Positions 48,569 through 58,132 of a DNA stretch of 64,000 nucleotides are shown here, piece by piece. The notes beneath the pieces are model-generated. The model made no database searches. It worked only from the letters and a program-made list of their open reading frames with translations, and was not told the DNA's origin. A program made the translations under genes and the position numbers. Source of the stretch: Candidatus Acetothermia bacterium (GTDB lineage Bacteria; Bipolaricaulota; Bipolaricaulia; RBG-16-55-9); contig JACQCZ010000016.1 in assembly GCA_016201405.1 (NCBI GenBank), forward strand, positions 23,798 through 87,797, in the 5' to 3' direction. Position 1 is the stretch's first letter; every line of letters starts with the position of its first letter.

Positions 48569-51142
48569 TCAGCGCACAACGACGACTTTGCGAATCACTG
48601 TCTGCTTTTGAAAGCCCGATGCACTTTTCGCAGTGATTACAAAGAGATAGACGCCATTGGCCATCTTATCTCCCATGGATTCGAGAGCATTCCAGCGCAA
48701 GGTCGATCCTTCTGTCTCAATGGCAAACCGCTGGCGGCCTGCAAGATCAAAGCCATGCACCTCGATGGATGAGATTCCCTGGCCCTCCACACTCAGAGTC
48801 CAAAGCGGGCCAGTTGAAGAAAGATTGATGGAACGCACTGAGAAGGCTTCAGCTGATTGCTGCGCTGGCGCCTGTTGTTGGATGATTGTAAATGGAATAT
48901 CTCGTGCTTCGGGAGAGAGCAAGAACTGCACATCTGGCCTCAGCTCAGCTGCGATCTTTTGATGAGACGCTGCAAGGTGAAGTCTCAAAATATTGGATTG
49001 CTTTGAGCCATTTCCTGGAGGAGCAATCATCAGAAAACGAACCTCGCCCCGCGCTTGGTCGATGGATGTAGCCAGAATCTTGTATTCTCCAAGGGCTTCT
49101 ATCTTCAGCACAGTTGTGCTGCGACCATCAAATAAGATTCGTCCCTGCACTCCGCCAATCGCACGTCCATCTGAGTTGATTTGAAGCGTGTACTCCCCTG
49201 CTGAGCTGGCTGGAATCAGCTTGATTTGGGCTGGCTCTGCTTGTGACCCGGCCATCCCCGGGAAGAGTCTCTGCAATATACTGAGCCAGACGGGAAGCAC
49301 GCTTTTCTCGCGATCAGACTGTGATGTTCTTGGCGTTGAAAGTGAGCTGCTTGTAATGGATGCAATGGATGCTTTGGCAATTGGAATCAAGTCCGCTGAG
49401 GTTAATGTTGTGCAATCAGGAATCGTCCCAGTCGCTGCCTTTGGCAGGGCTACGTCTGCGACAAGCTTCTGCGCATCGCTCAGCCCGGTGATGGCTGGCG
49501 GCTCATCAAAGCAGCCAAGGAGGGCCGTTGCTAACATGAGTACATCTTTGATGGTGGCACCATCATTCATGAGGTCCACATCTCCAAAGAGAGGGAGTAA
49601 GATGCTGCCGGAGATGACGCTCATCTGAGAGGTCAGATCGAGATCATCGACATCGAGAACTCTATCCACCTGAAAGATGAATGGACTCTTCTGACCTGGC
49701 TGTCCTTGTTTTGAAGTACGAATGTAAGCAATGACGTCAGGGGCTGGAATCCCCATTTTGGCCAAGTCAAGATGAGCTGGATCGATCGACAGCGTGAATT
49801 TTAATGATCCAAGCCGATTATCAATGTGAACGTCACTCACTTGATACGGCGAGACGGACGTGACCCCATCCACATGAACTACAGTCGCGTCAAATTGCAC
49901 AGATTGAGTCTGAACTTCGATCTTCCCTAACCCAGGGGAAGAAAATCCGACAACCTCCACTGGAAGATTCCCACCCGGAGACTGCACATCAAGAATGCGA
50001 AGCACACCGCTGCCTAGCATCACGGTATTCGCCGCCTGCACAATAAGATCTGTGGAAGAGTCAATGTCCGTGCCTGGTGGCTCTTGAGCGCTTAATACAG
50101 CCCTCAGATGAATCACGCGCCCCTTAAGTGCACTAATAGAAGGCGTAGCACGAACCTCGAAATCCAAACACTGCTCATCCGGAATAAAGAGACCTGGGGT
50201 GACGGACAGTGTGATGCCTGGTCCTCCGCGATTGAAGTCGGCTGTAAACCCCGGATCACCCGAGGTGATCTGCCCCCAAAGCTGTGGAATCCCCGAAATC
50301 ATATAGAGCTCGAACTTATCAAAATCATCAATCAGCGCACTGCCGAGTGGGCCCTGAGAGAGCGTCAGCGCATCGATCCGCAAGGAGTTCGCATTCGCAT
50401 CTTTATCGCAAACATGGAATCGCAGGGCGACGCCCGCTGAGCCTATCTTGATTGGAACAGGTGTAAAGTTCAGAAGAGTCAGGCTGTTGATTCCGCTGTT
50501 AGAGACATAGTCTTGATCGCTGTCCGTAGCCGCAAGGGTGAATGTCGTCGGAGTAGGAGGGCTGCCGATGCTCTCGGCGTATTGCAGAGTGACTTGAATT
50601 CTGACTGTCTTATTCTGGGCAGTATTCTGCAAGATCCCTGTCGGAGCAGTGAGCACAGCTACCTGGAACGTCTGCGTCCCATTATCGGGAATCGTATATC
50701 CACCCGCAGGAGTGACGTAAGCCTCAAAAGAGATATTCCCACCGCCAGGCGCCCCAGCAGGACATCCTGCCGGTGGAGCGCCTCCTGGCGCGGCTGTCGT
50801 CACTGGAGCCGCCACTGCCGTTCCAGTGCCATCAATGATCATCACGCTTGTAATCTCGGTCTCACTGGCCGAGCCTAAGTTTTGCACTAAAAAACAGTCA
50901 ATGGTGACGTCGCTCAAATCGTCCGCTTGCATGTCCGTATCTTTCGCTTTGAAGCTGAAAACGATCGACCCATCCCCCAAATCGGTCGGCGGGCCATCAC
51001 TCATAGGCGTATTGGCACCTGGCTCCAAATTGGTGCTTGGAGACAGAATTTCAGTGACATCGATCTGCCCGAGTGCCGTTTGCGAGATGCTAAAAAGAAG
51101 AAAGAGACTGAGCGCGACACGAATGATGGCTGATCTGGACAT
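48569..51142 (-). CDS. Large secreted surface protein (858 aa): N-terminal 'NLGSAS...ITSVMIIDG' domain, cohesin-like modules, dockerin-like module, T9SS-type C-terminal domain
   Basis: Signal peptide MSRSAIIRVALSLFLLFSISQTALGQ. Cohesin-like segments (VQFDATVVHVD...IDNRLGSLKF; QGRILFDGRSTTVLKIEALG...GEVRF). Dockerin-like Ca-loop GDVDLMNDGATIKDVLMLATALLG followed by ADVALP...LTSADLIPIAK. CTD ending ANGVYLFVITAKSASGFQKQTVIRKVVVVR. Confidence 0.7.
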   Translation of the reverse strand: MSRSAIIRVALSLFLLFSISQTALGQIDVTEILSPSTNLEPGANTPMSDGPPTDLGDGSIVFSFKAKDTDMQADDLSDVTIDCFLVQNLGSASETEITSVMIIDGTGTAVAAPVTTAAPGGAPPAGCPAGAPGGGNISFEAYVTPAGGYTIPDNGTQTFQVAVLTAPTGILQNTAQNKTVRIQVTLQYAESIGSPPTPTTFTLAATDSDQDYVSNSGINSLTLLNFTPVPIKIGSAGVALRFHVCDKDANANSLRIDALTLSQGPLGSALIDDFDKFELYMISGIPQLWGQITSGDPGFTADFNRGGPGITLSVTPGLFIPDEQCLDFEVRATPSISALKGRVIHLRAVLSAQEPPGTDIDSSTDLIVQAANTVMLGSGVLRILDVQSPGGNLPVEVVGFSSPGLGKIEVQTQSVQFDATVVHVDGVTSVSPYQVSDVHIDNRLGSLKFTLSIDPAHLDLAKMGIPAPDVIAYIRTSKQGQPGQKSPFIFQVDRVLDVDDLDLTSQMSVISGSILLPLFGDVDLMNDGATIKDVLMLATALLGCFDEPPAITGLSDAQKLVADVALPKAATGTIPDCTTLTSADLIPIAKASIASITSSSLSTPRTSQSDREKSVLPVWLSILQRLFPGMAGSQAEPAQIKLIPASSAGEYTLQINSDGRAIGGVQGRILFDGRSTTVLKIEALGEYKILATSIDQARGEVRFLMIAPPGNGSKQSNILRLHLAASHQKIAAELRPDVQFLLSPEARDIPFTIIQQQAPAQQSAEAFSVRSINLSSTGPLWTLSVEGQGISSIEVHGFDLAGRQRFAIETEGSTLRWNALESMGDKMANGVYLFVITAKSASGFQKQTVIRKVVVVR

Positions 51143-51377
51143 TTTCAGGAGTACTCCATCTCTCACCAGAATTTCACCGCCTTCTATTGTGTCAAAAGAG
51201 ACAGACAAAGGAGAAGAACATCCAACACCATACTGTGTTACGGCGATCACTCCCTCAGGGGATAACAAAGTGATGCGTGTGACAGACGTCACATCGATTC
51301 GGCGCATAGAATCATGCTATACTCAAGGGCAGAATCAAAACGATGGCCATGCGCCAGATGAGGAGGGCGACAATACG

Positions 51378-53507
51378 ATGAAGGCCGCCCGTGGGAAAAT
51401 TGTCTCTCTTATATTCTTCTTTCTATCGATAATTGCTTTTATTGGCCTGGGGCAAACGACTGCCTCGACCAATACCGTGGATATTGCGAAAGACAAGGTG
51501 GACTTCACCGTCTTCTCCCGAGATGGCCAGGATGGCCTGGGAAGCCCAAACACAATGACATTGGGAGATTTTAATAATGACCAGAACATTGACCTTTTGA
51601 TCGGAGCCCCAGGAGGGGACGGCCCTGACGACCGCCGCAAAGATGCAGGCGAAGCTTACATCGTCTATGGGCGCGATAAAGACACGTTTGTACCAGAACT
51701 TAATACAGATGGGATTCCTGGCCCTGACGTAGTCATCTATGGAAGAGACTTGGGAGATCTGCTTGGAAGCGGCGTCGCAGCTGGTGATGTAAATGGTGAT
51801 GGCATTGATGATATCATCCTTGGAGCGCCTGGAGGCGATGGTCCTTCCAACGGATATTCCGGTTTGGGCGAAGTTGTAGTAATATTTGGTGGTCTGACTC
51901 TTCCATCAAGAATAGATTTAGCAAAGACAAAAGAAAACTCTATTATTTTTAATAATGTCCAAGAAAGTCGGTTCGGCACTGCAATCACCGCGCCGGATCT
52001 TAATGGCGATGGCATTGACGACATCGTTATAGCAGATCCTTTTGACATCAGTAAAGGAAGGCACCGATCCGGAGCCGTATTTGTAATTTTTGGAAGAAGG
52101 GATCTCCCTCAGCGTTTTGATATAGGCTCCAATCGACCTGGCTTAAGCCCTGATGTCCGAATCTTAGGAGCCAATGCGGAGGATCAGATTGGAATCTCGC
52201 TTGCTAAAGGGGATATCAACCACGATGGTGTGGAAGATGTCGTCATTGGCGCGCCATTTACAGATGGCCCAAACAATGACCGCACTGACGCCGGAGAGAC
52301 TTACGTCATCTATGGAAACTTCCACCTGCCTGCAACAATTGATTTGGCAGCTACCAGCGCTGACGTCACAGTCTATGGTGCCGATGCACAAGATGAGCTG
52401 GGGCTCTCTGTATCAGCGGGAGATGTCAACGGGGATAAGACGCAAGATCTGCTCATCGGCGCTCCCTTCGCCAGCGGAATTGATAAACTGAAGGGATATT
52501 CTGGCGAAGCCTATGTCATTTATGGAAAACCGCTCCTGCCATCCATTATTGATTTGAATATGACGAGCGCAGACTCCAGAATCTTAGGAGCATCTCCACT
52601 CGATAATTTAGGGTCATCTGTGGCTGCGGCTGACCTCAACGACGACGGCCTCAACGATTTGATATTAGGTGCTCAGGGTGGACGAGGTCCCGATGGAACA
52701 AGAGCCAGAGCTGGAAACGTCTATGTCATTCGCAGCCCTGGCAATCTCCCTCCTCTAATTGATCTTGGCAAGAATGAATTCAACTTGGTTATTTACGGAG
52801 CAAAGACGGGCGACAATCTGGGCAGCGCACTTGCCGGAGGCGACCTTGGCGGCAAGGGGAACGGCTTCTTGATGATGGGCGCAAACGGAGTAGATTCACC
52901 AGCAGATGGCCCCGATGCCGGTGCAATCTATGCTCTCTTTGCCAAAGAGCTGATCGGAGGAGGCACTCCACCAACACCCACAACGTGCGTCAAAGGCGAT
53001 GTCGATTGCGATGGGAAGATTACGATTATCGATGCACGCATCGTCTGCGAATCGGTGCTCGGCATCCGAAAGCTGACCGCTAAAGAAGTGGCCCTGGCTG
53101 ACGTAGCTGAGCCGTTTGGCCAGATCACGCTGGCAGACGCCTTCAAGATTGCGCAAGTCTCCGTCGGAATTGGAACGATTGAAACGAAGACGGGAACTTC
53201 AGTGAGCCAGGCTCTCGAAGCGGCCTCAGCACTCCACATACATCGCTGGGGAATGTTAAGCCATGGCAGCCAGATCGAATTCCGGGCGCTCGGCTCGGGT
53301 GTGGAAGCGGTCAAAGTAGAGGTCTTTACGATGGATGGTCGGCCGATTTATAACAGCCCCTGGGCGCAGGGCGACCGGGTGCTTTGGATGTGGCAAGGAT
53401 TAGATAATAAGTTTGCAAACGGCGTTTATCTCTATGTGATTCAGGCTCAGGGTATTGACGGACGGCTGTCTCGTAGCGAGGTCTTAAAGGTGATCGTTCT
53501 GAGATGA
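51378..53507 (+). CDS. Secreted seven-repeat FG-GAP (integrin-alpha-like beta-propeller) protein with a dockerin-like module and T9SS-type C-terminal domain
   Basis: RBS AGGAGGG. Signal peptide. Seven repeats of the form GDxNGDGxDDxxxGAP..DG....AGxxYVIYG. Dockerin-like GDVDCDGKITIIDARIV...ADVAEPFGQITLADAFKIAQ. CTD ...ANGVYLYVIQAQGIDGRLSRSEVLKVIVLR. Confidence 0.8.
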   Translation: MKAARGKIVSLIFFFLSIIAFIGLGQTTASTNTVDIAKDKVDFTVFSRDGQDGLGSPNTMTLGDFNNDQNIDLLIGAPGGDGPDDRRKDAGEAYIVYGRDKDTFVPELNTDGIPGPDVVIYGRDLGDLLGSGVAAGDVNGDGIDDIILGAPGGDGPSNGYSGLGEVVVIFGGLTLPSRIDLAKTKENSIIFNNVQESRFGTAITAPDLNGDGIDDIVIADPFDISKGRHRSGAVFVIFGRRDLPQRFDIGSNRPGLSPDVRILGANAEDQIGISLAKGDINHDGVEDVVIGAPFTDGPNNDRTDAGETYVIYGNFHLPATIDLAATSADVTVYGADAQDELGLSVSAGDVNGDKTQDLLIGAPFASGIDKLKGYSGEAYVIYGKPLLPSIIDLNMTSADSRILGASPLDNLGSSVAAADLNDDGLNDLILGAQGGRGPDGTRARAGNVYVIRSPGNLPPLIDLGKNEFNLVIYGAKTGDNLGSALAGGDLGGKGNGFLMMGANGVDSPADGPDAGAIYALFAKELIGGGTPPTPTTCVKGDVDCDGKITIIDARIVCESVLGIRKLTAKEVALADVAEPFGQITLADAFKIAQVSVGIGTIETKTGTSVSQALEAASALHIHRWGMLSHGSQIEFRALGSGVEAVKVEVFTMDGRPIYNSPWAQGDRVLWMWQGLDNKFANGVYLYVIQAQGIDGRLSRSEVLKVIVLR

Positions 53508-53731
53508 ACGGCGTTATTTGACACGGTGATCTCAGTTACAGTTAAAGGGAGCGGATTGCTATATGATGAAGGCTGGATTTGAGCGATGAATATTGAAAGC
53601 ATTCTCCAAAATTGTTCGGGAGGTGGTCAATCCGGAGATAGAGGACGTAACAGGGTTGCTTCACCAAATTAACAAACAAACATCGAAACATACACTTCAT
53701 AACTAAGGGCAAGAATGAAGGAGGTTGGCAG

Positions 53732-55903
53732 ATGAAGTACCAAATCTTATCGGGAGTTTTAATAATAGCGTTCGTAACGCTATTTGGCGTGCCTGCCTTA
53801 GGCCAGGCAACGGTGACAGACCAGAATTATCTAGCACCAGGTGGAAACGTAGAGCCTGGTGCGAGTGCTCCTATGACAGTCTCCTCTGACGCTCCAGCTA
53901 CCTTGGGAGACGGGATAGTTGTCAGCCAGTTCCAAGTCTGCGATGTTGACCCCTTGGCTGATGATAACAGTCCAGTTAACATCACCGAGTTTAATGTAGA
54001 CAATTTAGGGTCGGCTAGCCTTGTTGACATCACTAGTGTCATGATTATCGACGGCCACGGATTTTCTGTAGGAGCAGTCGCAACACCAGGTCCTCCTCCA
54101 AATCCAAACATATCGTGGAGAGCCACTGTGACCCCAGAAACAGCAATAGTGATTCCAGATGATCAATGTGAAGTCTTCTCGGTGGCAGTTGAGACGGCTA
54201 CTACATCTTCCTTTGGAGCAGGTCTAGGAGACAGCCAAAATCATACATTGCGGCTGCGAACAACTCTGACGATGAACGAGTGTCTAAGTGGCGATATGAG
54301 TAGCACACCGCCTGTCTGCGCGTCACCGACTACATTCGTGGAATCCAGCACAGACGGGGCACCTGAATACATCTGCAACTGCGGTGTCAATAGACTCACC
54401 GACGATATGTATGTGGTCAATCCACTTATGCCAAGCATGTCGGGCGTAGTCAGTCGCTTCACAGTCTGTGATGATGACTCGAATGAACACAACCTGTACC
54501 TTACTCAGCTTACAATGAAACAAGGCAATCAAGGGTCTGCAGAATATACAGACTTTGACATGATCAATGTCTATCGAATCGAGTCCAGTGGCAGGACCCA
54601 AATTGCTTCTTTTACTCCTGACGTCAACTTCAATCGCGGCGGTACCGGCGATCAGATTTTGGCAGCAAACCAAGTCTTGATTATCACCGACGACAGTTGC
54701 GCTGTCTTCGAGGCTGACGCTCAGGTCTCACAATATGCCTTCAAGGGCCGCCTCATTCAACTGGCGTTCGACATTGATGCCGAGGAACCCCGTGGCACTC
54801 AAATTGGAGTAGGCGGTGCTACTCCTGCACCAGCGTCGCCACCAGCAGGGGTTTCTGGGGTCGCTCCTGAAATCCAGACTCATGTTCCGACACCAATTGG
54901 CAAGGGCATGATCACGATTCCAAGCACGATCATTCTTGGCTCCCCGGGTGACATCCCGCTCGGCGTCCAGGGCATCCCGATTCCAGGTCTCGGCACGCTT
55001 CAGGTCGGACCTACGGGAGCTTTCCACTTCGACCCCGCGGTCATCCAGATTCTGGAGATCGTCGGCGTAGGCGACTACACGGTGGAAGCCGTCCAGATCG
55101 ACAACCGCCGCGGCGAAGCTCGCTTCACCGTGCGCATTGACCCGGCAGAGGCTCCGAACGGCATCAACAATGGAACCGTTGCCATCATTCGCGTGCAGGG
55201 CGTCGGGAAACCGGGCGACCGGACACGGCTCTATATGAACTTTGACCAAGTGACCGATGCGGACAATAACGTGTTGGCAGATGCCAGCAACCCGCTCACG
55301 CTGAGCAACGTTGGCGTCATTGAAGGCCAAGTGCGGCTCGTTCCACACGGCGACGTAGATGGGGACGGCCACACCACAGTCAGCGACGCGCTGCTGCTCG
55401 CAGATCAGCTCATCCTGGGATCGCCTTGCGCGGGTCTCACGGACGAGCAGAAGGTCATCGCCGATGTGGCTCCGCCATTCGCAGATGTGGACGTAACTCC
55501 GACCTGCAGTGGTGACAACCCGACCTTGACCTCAGCCGATGTGGCTCAGATCGCAAAGCTTGCCATTACTACCGCTGCAGCCGGTCTCGCAGCCAGCAGT
55601 GATGTGCAAAGCCCAGTCGTGGCAGCGCTCCACGTCTCACAGATCCAGACGACTGTGCGCTTGGGTGCGATTGCGTTCCGAGCCCAAGGAACTGGTGTCT
55701 CCAGCATGGAAGTCCGGCTCTATAGCCTGACAGGCAGACAGATCCTGGCTGGAAAGAGCACGGGCAGCCAATTGATGGTGCATGCTCGGGATCAGTTCGG
55801 CAAAGCGCTGGCCAACGGCGTATATCTCTACGTCGTCACGGTCCATGGTGTGGATGGCTCTGTCCTCCGCAGCGTGGTCAAGAAACTGGTAATCCTGCAC
55901 TAG
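53732..55903 (+). CDS. Large secreted surface protein (723 aa), paralog of the protein at 48569-51142: cohesin-like domain, dockerin-like module, T9SS-type CTD
   Basis: Signal peptide. Shares the N-terminal domain with the minus-strand paralog (NLGSASLVDITSVMIIDGHG). Cohesin-like region (FHFDPAVIQILEIVGVGDYTVEAVQIDNRRGEARF). Dockerin-like GDVDGDGHTTVSDALLLADQLILG...ADVAPP...LTSADVAQIAK. CTD ...ANGVYLYVVTVHGVDGSVLRSVVKKLVILH. Confidence 0.75.
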   Translation: MKYQILSGVLIIAFVTLFGVPALGQATVTDQNYLAPGGNVEPGASAPMTVSSDAPATLGDGIVVSQFQVCDVDPLADDNSPVNITEFNVDNLGSASLVDITSVMIIDGHGFSVGAVATPGPPPNPNISWRATVTPETAIVIPDDQCEVFSVAVETATTSSFGAGLGDSQNHTLRLRTTLTMNECLSGDMSSTPPVCASPTTFVESSTDGAPEYICNCGVNRLTDDMYVVNPLMPSMSGVVSRFTVCDDDSNEHNLYLTQLTMKQGNQGSAEYTDFDMINVYRIESSGRTQIASFTPDVNFNRGGTGDQILAANQVLIITDDSCAVFEADAQVSQYAFKGRLIQLAFDIDAEEPRGTQIGVGGATPAPASPPAGVSGVAPEIQTHVPTPIGKGMITIPSTIILGSPGDIPLGVQGIPIPGLGTLQVGPTGAFHFDPAVIQILEIVGVGDYTVEAVQIDNRRGEARFTVRIDPAEAPNGINNGTVAIIRVQGVGKPGDRTRLYMNFDQVTDADNNVLADASNPLTLSNVGVIEGQVRLVPHGDVDGDGHTTVSDALLLADQLILGSPCAGLTDEQKVIADVAPPFADVDVTPTCSGDNPTLTSADVAQIAKLAITTAAAGLAASSDVQSPVVAALHVSQIQTTVRLGAIAFRAQGTGVSSMEVRLYSLTGRQILAGKSTGSQLMVHARDQFGKALANGVYLYVVTVHGVDGSVLRSVVKKLVILH

Positions 55904-55944
55904 ACTTTCGTACGGGTTACCTCATGAAACGAACGTCGATGAAA

Positions 55945-55980
55945 GGAGCCCTCTGCTAGACCAGAGGGCTCCTTCTCTTC
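55945..55980 (+). terminator. Rho-independent terminator
   Basis: Perfect 11-bp inverted repeat GGAGCCCTCTG-ctagac-CAGAGGGCTCC, followed by TTCTCTTC, 40 nt after the stop at 55903. Confidence 0.6.
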
Positions 55981-56045
55981 GGACGAATGTCCTTCGGGCA
56001 GAAGAGCAGACACTCATAAAATGAGCACGATCAATCTCAAACAGC

Positions 56046-57131
56046 ATGAAAATGGAAGTCTTACATAAAGCGAAATCTATACGAGCTCTTGGCAATCTCT
56101 TTCTCGCCCTCGGGCTTTGTCTTTCATTGGCCATTGAGCTCAAGGCCCAGCCGACACCACCACCAATAGTCACACCAACCACAGCCACCATTGACGTGGG
56201 ACTTGTCACGGTTCCTCACGGAAGCACAGGAACAGTCAAGGTCTCTATCCAAGGTGCCCCTTCAAGTCTCTCCGACTTTCAGGGAAAGCTCACCTATGAC
56301 TCTAAAGTCGTCAACGTGCGCGAGATTGCAGGGCTCAATGGATACACCATTGCTGCATTTCAGATTGACAACCTGGATGGCGAAGTGCGCTTTATTGGAT
56401 TTAAGACTTCCGGCACGCTCATCACCGAAGGTGATTTTTTGCAATTTACGGTGGCCGCTGTCGGAGATACAAACTCTAGCACTTCGCTCAATATGGAATT
56501 TATTACGCTTAATGATGCTGCTGGCGTTGCCATCCCGCGCATCGTTCGCCCAGGGAAGTTCACGGTAGGCGCACAACAAGAGATCGCTGCCGATTTCTCT
56601 TGGGCGCCAGCCAATCCTGAGGTCGGACAAGAGGTCCAGTTCACGGACAAGACTGTTGCCGCAGGCACAACATTTAGCAGTTGGGCATGGGATTTTGGAG
56701 ATAACGCGACCAGCACAGAGCAAAACCCTAAACACAAGTACGCTCAAAAAGGAACATTTACTGTAAGCCTTACCATCGAAGATGATCAGGGGAATAAGGG
56801 CTCTGGACAGAAGCAGGTGGTCATCCGGGGACAGGGCGAGGCGATTACCATTCCGGCTCACAATTTTCCTAACCCCGCAAAGGATAGCACGACATTCTCC
56901 TATCAGTTGCCGCAAGGAACGACGCAAGCTTCGTTGACAGTCTATGATTTCACAGGGCCGCTCGTCTTCTCTAAGAGTCTTGCTGCGGACAGCATGAAGC
57001 TGGAGTGGGACCTCAAGGATCAGAGCGGACGAGACCTGCCCAATGGCGCCTATTATTACCGCATTTGGGCTTCCACAAAAGAGGGAGCAGTTCTGTCTAA
57101 AGTCGGAAAGCTGGTTATCATTCGATCATGA
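56046..57131 (+). CDS. Secreted cohesin-like, PKD-domain and T9SS-CTD protein
   Basis: Signal peptide. Cohesin-like domain (GTVKVSIQGAPSSLSDFQGKLTYDSKVVNVREIAG...GEVRFIGF...GDFLQFTVAAVG). PKD domain (WAWDFGDNATSTEQNPKHKYAQKGTFTVSLTIEDDQGN). CTD (NFPNPAKDSTTFSY...NGAYYYRIWASTKEGAVLSKVGKLVIIRS). Confidence 0.75.
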   Translation: MKMEVLHKAKSIRALGNLFLALGLCLSLAIELKAQPTPPPIVTPTTATIDVGLVTVPHGSTGTVKVSIQGAPSSLSDFQGKLTYDSKVVNVREIAGLNGYTIAAFQIDNLDGEVRFIGFKTSGTLITEGDFLQFTVAAVGDTNSSTSLNMEFITLNDAAGVAIPRIVRPGKFTVGAQQEIAADFSWAPANPEVGQEVQFTDKTVAAGTTFSSWAWDFGDNATSTEQNPKHKYAQKGTFTVSLTIEDDQGNKGSGQKQVVIRGQGEAITIPAHNFPNPAKDSTTFSYQLPQGTTQASLTVYDFTGPLVFSKSLAADSMKLEWDLKDQSGRDLPNGAYYYRIWASTKEGAVLSKVGKLVIIRS

Positions 57132-58084
57132 TTCTTCAACGTCAATCCCGGCTGATCGGTATCCTCGTGCTTCTTTTGATCGGAGCCTTTGCATCTTCTG
57201 GGCAAGCACAGAGTGCCATCACATTGCTAGACATGGGAGCTGGAGTTCGCGCACTCGCCATGGGTGAGGCTTTTGTGGGGCTAGCCGATGATGAGCAGGC
57301 CGCCTTTTATAATCCCGCCGGGTTGGCCTATCTAAGCGGAATATATGCAAGTGCCAATTACGAGAGCCACTTGGGGGCTTCTAGCTATTTGAGCCTGCTT
57401 GGGGCCACGCATGGTATAGGTCTGGGGCTCTTCTTATTTAGCCTCGGCGATGTCGAGCAGCGAGATGATCAGGATAAAGTTCTTGGAACCTTTGGATATT
57501 CAAACTTTGCGGTCACCGCATCTGGGGGACTTCCGCTCAGCCAGATTCCTCTCGGGTTTACGCGCAGCCTTGATTCACTCTCTATGGGAGGCCGTTTCAA
57601 GTTCCTGGGCGTAAGCACATTGGAAGGCGGAAATGGCTCAGCAATCGCACTCGATTTGAGCTGGTTTTTCAAAGGAAACAATGCAATAGATCATCTTTTG
57701 CCTGGAAGTGGTATTCATTTATTTCAAGCAGGGTTGAGTATTGAAAATCTTGTGAGTATTGGTCTTGGATATGCAGGAGGACATCACGAGCGACTTCCGT
57801 TCAAGATCAAAACGGGGTTCGCGATCAGCCCAATGCAGAGCTTGACATTATCAATGGATTTGGCAATTCCCTTTGAGTTCCATCTCGGTGGTGAGTACAG
57901 CCTCTCCTTGCCAAGCCCACTCTCCCATATGGATATTCGGGCAGGCGCGGTTGTCCGTGGAGGGACGTTCGCATTTACAGCAGGGTTTGGAGTCGTCAGA
58001 GAGCCTTTTCGTCTCGATTATGCATTCGTCAGCCATCCGAGTCTGCCAGGCTCTCACCGACTGGCTCTCTCGCTGCAGTTTTGA
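57128..58084 (+). CDS. Outer-membrane beta-barrel protein, FadL/PorV-like (predicted partner of the upstream T9SS cargo)
   Basis: Signal peptide. N-terminal motif GAGVRALAMGEAFVGLADDEQAAFYNPAGLAYL resembles the FadL/PorV-type N-terminus. Alternating amphipathic strands. C-terminal ...LALSLQF ends in Phe. ATGA overlap with the upstream cargo gene. Confidence 0.55.
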   Translation: MILQRQSRLIGILVLLLIGAFASSGQAQSAITLLDMGAGVRALAMGEAFVGLADDEQAAFYNPAGLAYLSGIYASANYESHLGASSYLSLLGATHGIGLGLFLFSLGDVEQRDDQDKVLGTFGYSNFAVTASGGLPLSQIPLGFTRSLDSLSMGGRFKFLGVSTLEGGNGSAIALDLSWFFKGNNAIDHLLPGSGIHLFQAGLSIENLVSIGLGYAGGHHERLPFKIKTGFAISPMQSLTLSMDLAIPFEFHLGGEYSLSLPSPLSHMDIRAGAVVRGGTFAFTAGFGVVREPFRLDYAFVSHPSLPGSHRLALSLQF

Positions 58085-58132
58085 AGATATGAAGGGGGTT
58101 TGATCTTGGTTGTTCAAAACCGAGAGACGCAG

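Noticed and set aside
50108-50878. Plus-strand ORFs of 110-121 aa inside the large minus-strand surface-protein gene
   Set aside because: Antisense to the gene at 48569-51142. No features.
54728-55372. 214-aa minus-strand ORF inside the 53732-55903 surface-protein gene
   Set aside because: It is antisense to a gene with signal peptide, dockerin-like module and CTD. Rich in Arg/Ala, as expected from GC-rich antisense.
56262-56927. 221-aa and 125-aa minus-strand ORFs inside the cohesin-PKD gene
   Set aside because: Antisense shadow ORFs. The plus-strand product has a clear PKD domain and CTD.
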